Positions 54,747 to 62,570 of a stretch of DNA of 64,000 nucleotides are shown in pieces. A program made the position numbers and the translations under genes. A model generated the notes under the pieces. It saw only the letters and a list, made by a program, of their open reading frames with translations, was not told the origin of the DNA and did no database searches. Source of the DNA: Pseudomonadota bacterium. GTDB taxonomy: Bacteria > Pseudomonadota > Gammaproteobacteria > JAKAQQ01. Positions within the stretch are counted from its first letter, which is position 1. Every line of letters starts with the position of its first letter. Location: contig JAJZIH010000004.1 in the NCBI GenBank assembly GCA_021810635.1, positions 76,131 to 140,130 on the forward strand, in the 5' to 3' direction.

Positions 54747-55472
54747 TCATGGTTCCATCCCATAATCATCAGAACGATCTTCTTCCATATTGCACACTCG
54801 GTCGAAGATGACGGCTGAGAGGTGGGAACAAGCCACTTTAACCCCCTGCCAGTCATGCCAGCGAGGATCAAGGTTCTTGTACTCGCTGAGTTCAGTTTCT
54901 TCCAAGTCATAGGGCAGCGCGTTGGCAAGCTGGACTTGTAACTGCTGTAGCGGAGATTCGCCACTCTCTTGCTGGTAGAGCCGGTCGAATGATAGTAGCG
55001 CATGGGCAACGCTCTCATCGCCCATGTGATCGGCCAAAGCCACGAAGTCCAGGTAATCCCGCGTGGCGTTGCGCTTGAGGATCAACACCCCCTTGATGCG
55101 CAGAATCTCACCCTCGGTCGGAACGGTGATTCGCGCCCCATGGTAATCCACCACAGTCGTTTCCAATGGTTCATCCCGAAGAAGCTGGCGAACCCCGGTT
55201 TCGATGCCGTCGAGGCTGCCAAGGATTTGCACGGGTCGCTGCACACGGGCCGTTTTCCAGCCAGCGACCGACTCAAGCTCGGCCAGCACTTCGTCAAAGC
55301 GGTGACGCAGATCGGTCAGCACGTGGTCGGCGTCACGGGAGAAGCGGTGTTCGGCATGGATGGCCGAGGCGGTTCCTCCAACCAACACGGCATCTGGCAG
55401 GATGCGCTGGAGCCGTGCTGCAGAGGACAAGACGAGTTCCCAGTCAGGCAGTGCTGCGGTGTTCTTCGGCAT
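54747..55472 (-). CDS. AbiEii/AbiGii (DUF1814) nucleotidyltransferase toxin family protein
   Basis: 241 aa. The N-terminal motif AVLVGGTASAIHAEHRFSRDADHV corresponds to the GG(T/S)A...R.S.D.D nucleotidyltransferase signature of type IV TA toxins. Confidence 0.7.
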   Translation of the reverse strand: MPKNTAALPDWELVLSSAARLQRILPDAVLVGGTASAIHAEHRFSRDADHVLTDLRHRFDEVLAELESVAGWKTARVQRPVQILGSLDGIETGVRQLLRDEPLETTVVDYHGARITVPTEGEILRIKGVLILKRNATRDYLDFVALADHMGDESVAHALLSFDRLYQQESGESPLQQLQVQLANALPYDLEETELSEYKNLDPRWHDWQGVKVACSHLSAVIFDRVCNMEEDRSDDYGMEP

Positions 55473-55671
55473 AGTGCATCCAGAAGTGATGACGTTGCGC
55501 GTAGGGGTCGGAGGCGTAAGGGCGGCACACGTGCTCCACCTTGTCGAGCAGGGCGCGGTCGGACAAAGCCGCCCGCCGTAGTTCCGCCCAATCCTGCCAC
55601 CGACCGCGTGAGATCACGTCGTCGATGGCGGCGAGGGTGAAGCGCTGATGGTTGAGGTGGCGATGAAGCAT
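55444..55671 (-). CDS. Small ORF overlapping the toxin start; candidate cognate antitoxin (family not recognised)
   Basis: 75 aa from ATG 55671 (79 aa from GTG 55683) with a 29-nt overlap onto the toxin gene. It sits directly downstream of the predicted promoter and repeat motif. No recognisable HTH was seen by eye. Confidence 0.4.
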   Translation of the reverse strand: MLHRHLNHQRFTLAAIDDVISRGRWQDWAELRRAALSDRALLDKVEHVCRPYASDPYAQRHHFWMHYAEEHRSTA

Positions 55672-55678
55672 GGCGAAC

Positions 55679-55697
55679 CACACACTTTTACGATTGT
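55679..55697. repeat. Internal copy 1 of the IR-core motif (CACACACTTTTACGATTGT)
   Basis: 17/19 identical to copy 2. It shares the core CACTTTT(A/G)CGA(T/A)T with the right terminal IR and lies between the predicted -10 and the small-ORF start. Confidence 0.7.
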
Positions 55698-55707
55698 CGA
55701 TGACTGT

Positions 55708-55736
55708 ATCTTACGCGAGCAGCGTGGAGGAAGCAA
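55708..55736 (-). promoter_or_regulatory. Putative sigma-70 promoter of the cargo/transposase operon
   Basis: On the minus strand: TTGCTT (55736-55731), a 17-nt spacer, then TAAGAT (55713-55708). IR-core repeats lie immediately upstream and downstream. Confidence 0.45.
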
Positions 55737-55753
55737 CACACTTTTGCGATTGT
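55735..55753. repeat. Internal copy 2 of the IR-core motif (AACACACTTTTGCGATTGT)
   Basis: Lies 56 bp from copy 1 and 57 bp from the terminal IR copy, and abuts the predicted -35. Confidence 0.7.
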
Positions 55754-55787
55754 GAGCAGCTTGCTGCTTTGCATTGGTTACAGAACT

Positions 55788-55812
55788 GCCCAATCCACTT
55801 TTGCGAATACCT
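55788..55812. repeat. IS right terminal inverted repeat (reverse complement AGGTATTCGCAAAAGTGGATTGGGC)
   Basis: Aligned by hand to 53255-53279, with mismatches at positions 1, 10, 11, 19 and 25. Confidence 0.8.
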
Positions 55813-55820
55813 GTTTTTTG
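55813..55820. repeat. Target-site duplication, right copy (GTTTTTTG)
   Basis: Identical to 53247-53254. It is followed by AAG CAG GCC AAC CCC TGA, the displaced original uvrB 3' end. Confidence 0.85.
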
Positions 55821-55925
55821 AAGCAGGCCAACCCCTGATGCCGGACCGGGCCTGCGTCTCAAGCCCGCAGGGTCCAGTCTTGTCAGGCTCCGGTGCGATA
55901 TGGTACTTTCACCCACTCTGAGAGG

Positions 55926-56002
55926 AAGGCGCGTAGCTCAGCTGGTTAGAGCACCACCTTGACATGGTGGGGGTCGTTGGTTCGAGTCCAATCGCGCCTA
56001 CC
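55926..56002 (+). tRNA. tRNA-Val (anticodon GAC)
   Basis: Hand-folded cloverleaf. The acceptor AGGCGCG pairs with CGCGCCT. D arm TAGCTCAGCTGGTTAGAGC, anticodon arm CCACC-TTGACAT-GGTGG, T arm GTTGG-TTCGAGT-CCAAT, encoded ACCA end. Near-identical to E. coli tRNA-Val(GAC). Confidence 0.95.
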
Positions 56003-56149
56003 AAGTAAAAATCAATAGGTTACCGATCCCATCCCCTCGGGCCTTTGGACGCAGGGTCCGTTTTTGTGTTGAAGGTCGGATGAGGTCGTTCGTGGTACAG
56101 AGGTCACGTTCGTGTCGGCTGCAACGCGAGCGGTGCTTCTCCCGAACCT

Positions 56150-56500
56150 TCAACTCGGTTGTGGACTCCTTACGCCAGCGCTTGATGCGCTCGAAGCTTC
56201 TGCCCGCGCTGCTGATCGATCGGAGGGTCGTCAAGACTCACCGTCACTCGCCCGTCCCGGACGACCATCCGGACTCCGGGGCGCCGTTCAAGACCCTGAA
56301 GTCACGGCTCGCTCTCCCTGAGCGTTTGGGCTTACTCGAGGACGCCCACGCTCACGGTCGGCCGCTCCTCCGCTGGGACAACCGGCAACCTCGCCAGGGC
56401 GGTCTCGGCTGGATGACCCCGGCCGTTGGGCATGAGGGCACCGTCCCGAAGCCGCCGGTGGGGCCCACCGCCACCTTGGATCCATCCGTCAAAACAGGCG
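56150..56500 (+). pseudogene. Decayed C-terminal fragment of an rve (integrase-core) DDE transposase
   Basis: Within track ORF 56080..56637. SKLLPALLIDRRVVKTHRHSPVPDDHPDSGAPFKTLKSRLALPERLGLLEDAHAHGRPLLRWDNRQPRQGGLGWMTPAV parallels the family pattern SK.VA.LLADLGV.KSHSRP.VSNDNPYSE.QFKTLKYRP.FP.RFGS.EDAR....FF.WYN.EHRHSG.G..TPA. The catalytic N-terminal part is absent and key residues are substituted. Confidence 0.6.
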
Positions 56501-56610
56501 GCGACACACCACCCGCCTGCCGGCTCATCTCATGGCACCAGGTGTTCCAAACGCATGGACACGTTCCGCCGGTGAAGATCCCGGGACCGTCTTTCGCTCG
56601 GGCAGTTCCA

Positions 56611-58194
56611 TCAGCGTTTGTGGCGTCGGGTATGTGAAGCTTCTTTCCGGAAGTGGAGCGGGAGAGTCACAAAGGACAGGGTTTCCGGTTGCCCAAAGGC
56701 ATTCACTCCGAAGGTCACGTAAGCGGTCCCTTCGTAGCGCTCACGCCAGCGTACCTCGAACGTGTTGGCGTTCCACGGAATGAGAACACCGCTGAAGGCC
56801 GGGTTTCCGAGGCTGAGCGTGAGTGCTCCGTGTTGTTCCTTCACGTGCGCCGTACCGTCAAAGTGGCTCCGGTAAAGACCGATGTAACGCACGAGAGGCA
56901 CAAGAGGGTGCGCGTACCGTTCTCGCGCCCGGACGAGATTTTCTTTGATGGCGTTTTCCCGTTCTTGTTCCTTCTTGCGAAAGCGGTACCAGGCGCGGCT
57001 CACATCGCGGTGTGGCAGGCCAAGGTAGGATTGGAGTACATCAAAAAGAACCCCTTCGGGCGCGAAGTTCTGGTCGAGGTTCGAGAGTACAACGACGCCG
57101 AGATGCGCGCTCGGGACGATCGCGAGCGCGGTCGACATCCCGTCGATGTTCCCCGGGTGCCAGATCAGCCGGTGTCCGCCGTATTCCTGGATGAAAAACC
57201 CGAAACCGTATGCGTAAAAGGGTTCACCGGGTGTCTGCACGCGTAACCAGCTGCCGACTGACGGGTTGTCTTCATGGATGAGCATCCAAGGGGTTTCAAT
57301 GGCGCGGATGACCGAAGGTGCAAGAACCTGTTTGTGGTCGTAGCGCCCATGGTCCATGAGCATCTCAAGCCAGTGACTCATGTCGAGCACGCTCGTATTG
57401 ATGCCGCCGACAGGGGCAAAGACATCCATGTTATGGGTCCAGTAGCGCGGAATCCGCGTGACGCGGCCGCCGATCACCGCGTAGGGGGCCGCGACATCCG
57501 GTTTCCCAGCGAGAGCTTCCTGCCGGGTGACCGTGCCCTTCATGTGCAGGGGTTGAAAGAGATCAAGCCGGACATAGCGGTTCCAGGTCATGCCGGTGAT
57601 CGCCGGAATGAACTGGCTTGCCGCAAGATACAAAGTGTTGTTGTAGCAAAAGTGGGTTCGAAAGGGATAGGTGGGTTTTTGGTATCGAAGCCTTCCCAGC
57701 ACATTTTTCACGGTATCGTAGGAGGTGTACCACATCGCGGTCGGATCGCAGTAGCCGCTCCGGTGCGTGAGCAGGTCACGGAGCGTGATCGCCTGCGTGA
57801 CGTACGCGCTTTTCAGGCGAAAACCCATGAGCTCATCGTGAACCGGGGTGCTCCAGCGCAGTTTCCCGGCGGCAACCAGCCGGCCCAGTGCGGCTGCCGT
57901 GAAGGCCTTGGTCAGAGACCCCAGCGTGAACAGTGTTTCGGGATTGGTGCGTCCCGGCCGGCCGAGCACGCGCACGCCGTAACCGTGTATATAGACGAGC
58001 TTGCCGTTCCTGACCACTGCCAGTGCGAGTCCGGGCACGTGCCAAAGGCGCATCGTCCTGCGGACGTAAGCGTTCAGGTGCGCAAGAGGCATGGGCGGCC
58101 CCGGATCCGCCCATGCGAAGGGTATGGCGGCCGACAGGACCCCCATCCAAACCGCAGCGGAAACAGACCACGCGGGGCCGATCGTTCTTTTCAT
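56611..58194 (-). CDS. Serine hydrolase of the class C beta-lactamase/PBP4* family with a C-terminal lipocalin-like extension
   Basis: ATG 58194 with a signal peptide (AVWMGVLSAAIPFAWA), SxxK (FTLGSLTKAF) and YxN (CYNNTLY). 527 aa. Confidence 0.85.
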   Translation of the reverse strand: MKRTIGPAWSVSAAVWMGVLSAAIPFAWADPGPPMPLAHLNAYVRRTMRLWHVPGLALAVVRNGKLVYIHGYGVRVLGRPGRTNPETLFTLGSLTKAFTAAALGRLVAAGKLRWSTPVHDELMGFRLKSAYVTQAITLRDLLTHRSGYCDPTAMWYTSYDTVKNVLGRLRYQKPTYPFRTHFCYNNTLYLAASQFIPAITGMTWNRYVRLDLFQPLHMKGTVTRQEALAGKPDVAAPYAVIGGRVTRIPRYWTHNMDVFAPVGGINTSVLDMSHWLEMLMDHGRYDHKQVLAPSVIRAIETPWMLIHEDNPSVGSWLRVQTPGEPFYAYGFGFFIQEYGGHRLIWHPGNIDGMSTALAIVPSAHLGVVVLSNLDQNFAPEGVLFDVLQSYLGLPHRDVSRAWYRFRKKEQERENAIKENLVRARERYAHPLVPLVRYIGLYRSHFDGTAHVKEQHGALTLSLGNPAFSGVLIPWNANTFEVRWRERYEGTAYVTFGVNAFGQPETLSFVTLPLHFRKEASHTRRHKR

Positions 58195-58305
58195 TCCGGG
58201 TTTCCCAACGCCTGCACCCTCTTGAGTATAACTCCCGGGGGGAGCGTGAAGGATCCCGTATTCTGGAGCTGCCAACCCGGCGAATTTTTGTGCGACACTA
58301 TCGCC

Positions 58306-59295
58306 ATGTCAGATCCATTGCCGGTTTTAAGAGCGCCACTTTCGACCTTCGGGGAAGTGCTGCGGCGTCATCGCTTGTCGCTGGCCCGCCGGCCCCTTGA
58401 GATCCTGCAGGTCAATGTGGGGAAACGGTGCAATCAGGCCTGTACCCACTGTCATGTCGAAGCGGGACCGAAACGGACTGAAATCATGACCGGACAGACG
58501 GTCGACCGGGTGCTGGAACTGCTCGACCGGTCGCCGGGGATCCCAACGGTCGATCTGACCGGAGGGGCGCCGGAACTGAATCCCCACTTCCGCCGTCTGG
58601 TGGTTGCGGCGCGTCGGGGCGGAAGGCAGGTGATCGACCGCTGCAACCTGACCGTTCTCTTTGAGCCCGGACAGGAAGAAACCGCCGGGTTTCTGGCAGA
58701 AAACCAGGTCACCGTGATTGCTTCCCTGCCCTGTTACAGTCGTGACAACGTGGACAAGCAGCGTGGGGTTGGAGTATTCGAACCCAGCCTGCGGGCCCTT
58801 CAGCAACTCAACGCATTGGGCTATGCGGCCCCCGGGAGTCCACTGGAGCTGCATCTGGTCTACAACCCGGTGGGTCCGTTTCTTCCGCCCGAGCAGACCC
58901 GGCTGGAAAAGGAATACAAAAAGCAGCTCGGGGAACATTATGGGATCCGTTTCAACCGTCTTTTGACGATCACCAACATGCCCATCAGCCGGTTTCTCCA
59001 CCAACTGCTTCGGGACCACGCACTTGAAGCCTATCAGACGCTTCTGGTCCAGTCTTTCAATCCTGAGACCGTCGCGGGCCTGATGTGTCGGAATCTGCTG
59101 TCCGTTGGATGGGATGGGCAGCTTTATGACTGTGATTTCAACCAAATGCTCGAGTTGCCACTGGGTGGGCGGCCACGGAGTCTCTGGGATATCAATGGTT
59201 TCGATGATCTGGCGAACGGCCCGATCGCCTGCGGTCCGCATTGCTTCGGCTGTACGGCCGGGGCAGGCAGTTCCTGCGGCGGTGCGCTCGCCTGA
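58306..59295 (+). CDS. arsS: Radical SAM/Cys-rich-domain protein of the ArsS (arsenosugar biosynthesis) family
   Basis: ATG 58306 gives LQVNVGKRCNQACTHCHVEAGP (CxxxCxxC), DLTGGAPELNP, NMPISRF and the C-terminal CGPHCFGCTAGAGSSCGGAL. The 1-kb 5' part of track ORF 57274..59295 is antisense to the hydrolase gene and is rejected. Confidence 0.75.
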   Translation: MSDPLPVLRAPLSTFGEVLRRHRLSLARRPLEILQVNVGKRCNQACTHCHVEAGPKRTEIMTGQTVDRVLELLDRSPGIPTVDLTGGAPELNPHFRRLVVAARRGGRQVIDRCNLTVLFEPGQEETAGFLAENQVTVIASLPCYSRDNVDKQRGVGVFEPSLRALQQLNALGYAAPGSPLELHLVYNPVGPFLPPEQTRLEKEYKKQLGEHYGIRFNRLLTITNMPISRFLHQLLRDHALEAYQTLLVQSFNPETVAGLMCRNLLSVGWDGQLYDCDFNQMLELPLGGRPRSLWDINGFDDLANGPIACGPHCFGCTAGAGSSCGGALA

Positions 59296-59406
59296 GGGTG
59301 GAGGGAATGGAGAGGGATCGCGACCGATCCCGGCCCGATTGGGCTTTCCCGCTATAATGGCACGGCGCCTCCCCCCGGAGGCTCTCGTTTATCCGGATTA
59401 CGGTTC

Positions 59407-61335
59407 ATGCCCAAAATGACGATTCCACTTCATGGTGAGGTGGATCAGACGGTTCCCCTGTCGGTTCGGGAGGTCTTGGCACGCCGCATCGATCCTCAGG
59501 TCATGGGGAACGTCGTGGCCGGGCGCCTCGATGGCCGCCCGGTCGACCTTTCGACCCCTCTGGCGTCCGATGCCGTCTTGGAACCGGTGATGGGGGACGA
59601 ACCCCTGGGACTGGAAATCCTGCGGCACTCAACTGCCCACCTTCTGGCTCATGCGGTCAAGCGGCTTCACCCGCAAGCCCAGATCACCATCGGGCCGGTC
59701 ATCGAAGATGGCTTTTACTATGACTTCCTGGTCGAGCCCCCTTTTTCAGCGGAGGATCTGCCCGGAATCGAGCGGGTGATGCGGGAAATCGTGGCTGAGG
59801 ACTGGCCCATTGAACGACGGGTCATGACGCGTGACGAAGCCATCCGGTTTTTCTCCGAACGGGGCGAAGCCTACAAAGCCGAGATCATTCGCGAGATTCC
59901 GGAGGGTGAGGTGATCAGTCTCTACCGTCAGGGAGAGTTTCAGGATCTGTGCCGAGGACCGCATGTGCCGTCGACCGGTCGCCTGCGCGATTTCAAGCTG
60001 ACGCAGGTGGCGGGAGCCTACTGGCGCGGGGACTCGCGGAATGTCATGTTGACCCGGGTTTACGGAACGGCTTGGGCCAGTCCGGAGGCGCTGGCGCAGT
60101 ACCTGGAACGCATCGAGGAGGCGGAAAAAAGGGATCACCGGAGATTGGCCAAACTGATGGACCTGTTCCATTTTCAGGAAGAAGCGCCCGGAATGGTGTT
60201 CTGGCACGAAACGGGATGGCTACTGTACCGGATCATTGAGGACTATGTGCGGGGGAAGCTGGCCGCGGCCGGGTACCGGGAGGTCCACACGCCCCTCATG
60301 TTGGACCGCACCCTCTGGGAACGCTCGGGGCATGCGGACAAGTTCGGCACGCAGATGTTCTCGGTCGTAGTGGAAAACCGGGAATATGCCATCAAGCCGA
60401 TGAACTGCCCGGCCCATGTCCAGATTTTCAACCAAGGGATCAGGAGCTATCGGGAGCTGCCGCTCCGCCTGGCTGAGTTCGGGGTCTGCCACCGCAATGA
60501 ACCGTCGGGGACCCTGCATGGCCTCCTCCGCGCCCGCGCTTTTGTCCAGGATGATGCCCATATTTTCTGTACGCCCGATCAGGTCGAGCCCGAAGCCGTC
60601 GCCTTCATTCGCCTGCTTTTCGACGTTTATCGAGATTTCGGTTTCACGGACATCGAAATCAAGCTGTCCACGCGTCCGGCGCAGCGGGTCGGGGACGACG
60701 AGCTTTGGGACCGTGCGGAACAGGCCCTGTCCCAGGCCTTGCAGCATCAGAACCTTTCCTTTGCGATCCAGCCGGGAGAGGGTGCCTTTTATGGCCCGAA
60801 AATCGAATTTTCGCTACGGGATACCTTGGGCCGGGTGTGGCAGTGCGGAACCCTCCAGCTCGATTATGTATTGCCTGAACGGCTCGGGGCGAGTTTCGTC
60901 AATGCCCACGGTGACAAGGAACGGGTCGTCATGTTGCACCGGGCCATCCTGGGATCCCTGGAACGGTTTATCGGGATTCTCCTCGAACACCATGCGGGAG
61001 CCCTTCCGCTCTGGCTGGCTCCGGTCCAGGTTGCCCTTCTGACCATTACCGACCAGCAGGACGGCTATGCCCGCCAGGTCGCCCGGGTTCTGGAGCAGGC
61101 CGGGCTCCGGGTTTGCCTGGACTTGAGAAATGAGAAGATTGGACTTAAAATTAGGGAACGCTCGATCCAGCGGGTTCCCTACCTCGTGGTGATCGGGCCG
61201 AAAGAGGCGGCCGCAGGCCGTCTCGCCGTACGCCGCCAGAACGGCACTAACCTAGGAGAAATCTCCCTGGAAAACTTTGTGGCTGATTTGACTAGGGAAC
61301 GGAATCGCCGTGGCCTAGATGTAGTGGAGGACTGA
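59407..61335 (+). CDS. thrS: Threonine--tRNA ligase
   Basis: 642 aa, colinear with E. coli ThrRS: TGS domain, [27 protein letters not shown], and the class II motifs (FRNE-type HRNEPSG, QLDY). Confidence 0.95.
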   Translation: MPKMTIPLHGEVDQTVPLSVREVLARRIDPQVMGNVVAGRLDGRPVDLSTPLASDAVLEPVMGDEPLGLEILRHSTAHLLAHAVKRLHPQAQITIGPVIEDGFYYDFLVEPPFSAEDLPGIERVMREIVAEDWPIERRVMTRDEAIRFFSERGEAYKAEIIREIPEGEVISLYRQGEFQDLCRGPHVPSTGRLRDFKLTQVAGAYWRGDSRNVMLTRVYGTAWASPEALAQYLERIEEAEKRDHRRLAKLMDLFHFQEEAPGMVFWHETGWLLYRIIEDYVRGKLAAAGYREVHTPLMLDRTLWERSGHADKFGTQMFSVVVENREYAIKPMNCPAHVQIFNQGIRSYRELPLRLAEFGVCHRNEPSGTLHGLLRARAFVQDDAHIFCTPDQVEPEAVAFIRLLFDVYRDFGFTDIEIKLSTRPAQRVGDDELWDRAEQALSQALQHQNLSFAIQPGEGAFYGPKIEFSLRDTLGRVWQCGTLQLDYVLPERLGASFVNAHGDKERVVMLHRAILGSLERFIGILLEHHAGALPLWLAPVQVALLTITDQQDGYARQVARVLEQAGLRVCLDLRNEKIGLKIRERSIQRVPYLVVIGPKEAAAGRLAVRRQNGTNLGEISLENFVADLTRERNRRGLDVVED

Positions 61336-61338
61336 GGC

Positions 61339-61857
61339 ATCAGCGGCGAGAAAAAAGTTCGGCGTAATGCCGAGATCACGGTACCTCGAGTGCGCGTGAT
61401 TGACCAGGCTGGCCAGCAGATCGGTGTTCTGCCTACGAGTGAGGCACTGAGAGTGGCCGAAAACGTGGGGCTGGATCTGGTCGAGGTCTCGCCGACCGCT
61501 GATCCGCCGGTTTGCCGGGTGATGAATTTCGGCAAATACCAGTTTGAACTGAACAAAAAGGTTCAGGCAAACCGCAAGAAGCAAAAGCAGATCCATATCA
61601 AGGAGGTTAAGTTCCGCCCGACCACAGAGGAAAACGATTATCAAATCAAGCTGAAAAGTATCCTGCGTTTTTTGGCGGATGGAGACAAGGCGAAGGTCAC
61701 GTTGCGTTTTAGGGGCCGCGAGTTGCTGCACCAGGACTTGGGCGCCCAGATTCTGAACCGGATCCAGACGGACTTGGATTCCAATGCGGTGGTCGAAACG
61801 GCCCCGCGCCTCGAGGGACGCCAGATTGTGATGGTGCTCGTGCCCCGTCGCAAGTAA
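61339..61857 (+). CDS. infC: Translation initiation factor IF-3, predicted non-AUG (AUC) start
   Basis: The frame is open from the thrS stop (TGA 61333-61335). ISGEKKVRRNAEITVPRVRVIDQAGQQIGVL aligns to the E. coli IF-3 N-terminus. GGAGGA (61326-61331) lies 7 nt before ATC 61339. The track's GTG 61390 would remove ~17 conserved-length residues. Confidence 0.85.
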   Translation: MSGEKKVRRNAEITVPRVRVIDQAGQQIGVLPTSEALRVAENVGLDLVEVSPTADPPVCRVMNFGKYQFELNKKVQANRKKQKQIHIKEVKFRPTTEENDYQIKLKSILRFLADGDKAKVTLRFRGRELLHQDLGAQILNRIQTDLDSNAVVETAPRLEGRQIVMVLVPRRK

Positions 61858-61943
61858 AACCTAAAAGCGTTTCCCTGTTGGAAATGCCCTTGGTTGTCAA
61901 TGCCGCGTGAGCGGAACCAAGCCACTGTGAGGAGTTGCGTGTC

Positions 61944-62138
61944 ATGCCCAAGCTCAAAACCAACCGTGGTGCCGCCAAGCGTTTCCGTGCGCGGGCCAAT
62001 GGCTTCAAACGGAAACAGTCCCATCGTCGGCACATCCTGTCCACGAAATCGCCCAAACGGAAACGCCAGCTCCGCAGTCCTGCGGTTGTAGGACCGGCCG
62101 ATCTGGACCGTCTGCGCCCGCTTCTGCCTTACCGGTAA
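61944..62138 (+). CDS. rpmI: 50S ribosomal protein L35
   Basis: [15 protein letters not shown]...; GAGGAG ~9 nt upstream of ATG 61944. Confidence 0.9.
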   Translation: MPKLKTNRGAAKRFRARANGFKRKQSHRRHILSTKSPKRKRQLRSPAVVGPADLDRLRPLLPYR

Positions 62139-62151
62139 GGGGGATCGCGAG

Positions 62152-62514
62152 ATGGCACGAGTGAAAAGGGGCGTCACAAGCCACGCCCGTCACAAGAAGG
62201 TTTTGAAACAGGCCAAGGGTTACTATGGTGCGCGCAGCCGGACCATCAAGGTGGCCCGCCAGGCGGTTCTCAAGGCCGGGCAGTATGCGTACCGCGACCG
62301 GCGGCGGAGAAAGCGCGAGTTCCGCGCCCTGTGGATCGTCCGGATCAACGCGGGAAGCCGCGAACACGGGTTGTCTTACAGCCAGTTCGTGAGGGGACTG
62401 GCCAAGGCCGAAATCCAAGTCGACCGCAAGATTCTTGCCGAGTTGGCTGTCCATGATCCGGCGGCCTTTGCCACGCTGGTGGAGCAGGCCAAAACGGCGT
62501 TGACGGCTGGCTGA
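62152..62514 (+). CDS. rplT: 50S ribosomal protein L20
   Basis: [30 protein letters not shown]... Confidence 0.95.
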   Translation: MARVKRGVTSHARHKKVLKQAKGYYGARSRTIKVARQAVLKAGQYAYRDRRRRKREFRALWIVRINAGSREHGLSYSQFVRGLAKAEIQVDRKILAELAVHDPAAFATLVEQAKTALTAG

Positions 62515-62570
62515 ACCCCCCGTTGGGGGGTGTGTGGCGTTCCCCGCCGCTCGCTTGCGGAGGTTGACCC

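Larger units (their letters stand above)
53255..55812 (-). mobile_element. ISL3-family insertion sequence (2,558 bp) carrying a two-gene AbiEii-type toxin module as cargo
   Basis: Bounded by 25-nt imperfect IRs (20/25 identical) and an 8-bp direct repeat. Contains an ISL3 transposase gene plus two upstream co-oriented ORFs. Confidence 0.85.

Noticed and set aside
54680-55018. N-terminal extension of the transposase ORF (track start 55018)
   Set aside because: It overlaps the 3' end of the AbiEii-like gene in another frame. ISL3 transposases begin at the M..ILNLP..-type N-terminus found at ATG 54679.
55676-55812. Regularly spaced (~56 bp) direct repeats considered as a mini CRISPR-like array or iterons
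   Set aside because: There are only three imperfect copies of ~14-19 bp. One copy is the IS terminal inverted repeat itself. There are no cas genes, and the spacing and size do not fit CRISPR.
57274-58305. 5' 344 codons of track ORF 57274..59295
   Set aside because: This part is antisense to the serine-hydrolase gene. The radical SAM homology begins only at ATG 58306 (MSDPLPVLRAP...).
59353-59358. Perfect TATAAT hexamer upstream of thrS as a promoter -10
   Set aside because: No acceptable -35 (TTGACA-like) or extended -10 TG lies at the correct spacing, so it is left unannotated. The nearby GCCTCC-CCCC-GGAGGC hairpin (59366-59381) is too generic to call a ThrRS operator.
62516-62530. Hairpin CCCCCC-GTT-GGGGGG after rplT as an intrinsic terminator or pheST attenuator
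   Set aside because: The stem is only 6 bp and is followed by TGTGTGG rather than a U-tract. No leader peptide (pheM-like Phe-rich ORF) is visible in the 56-nt gap.
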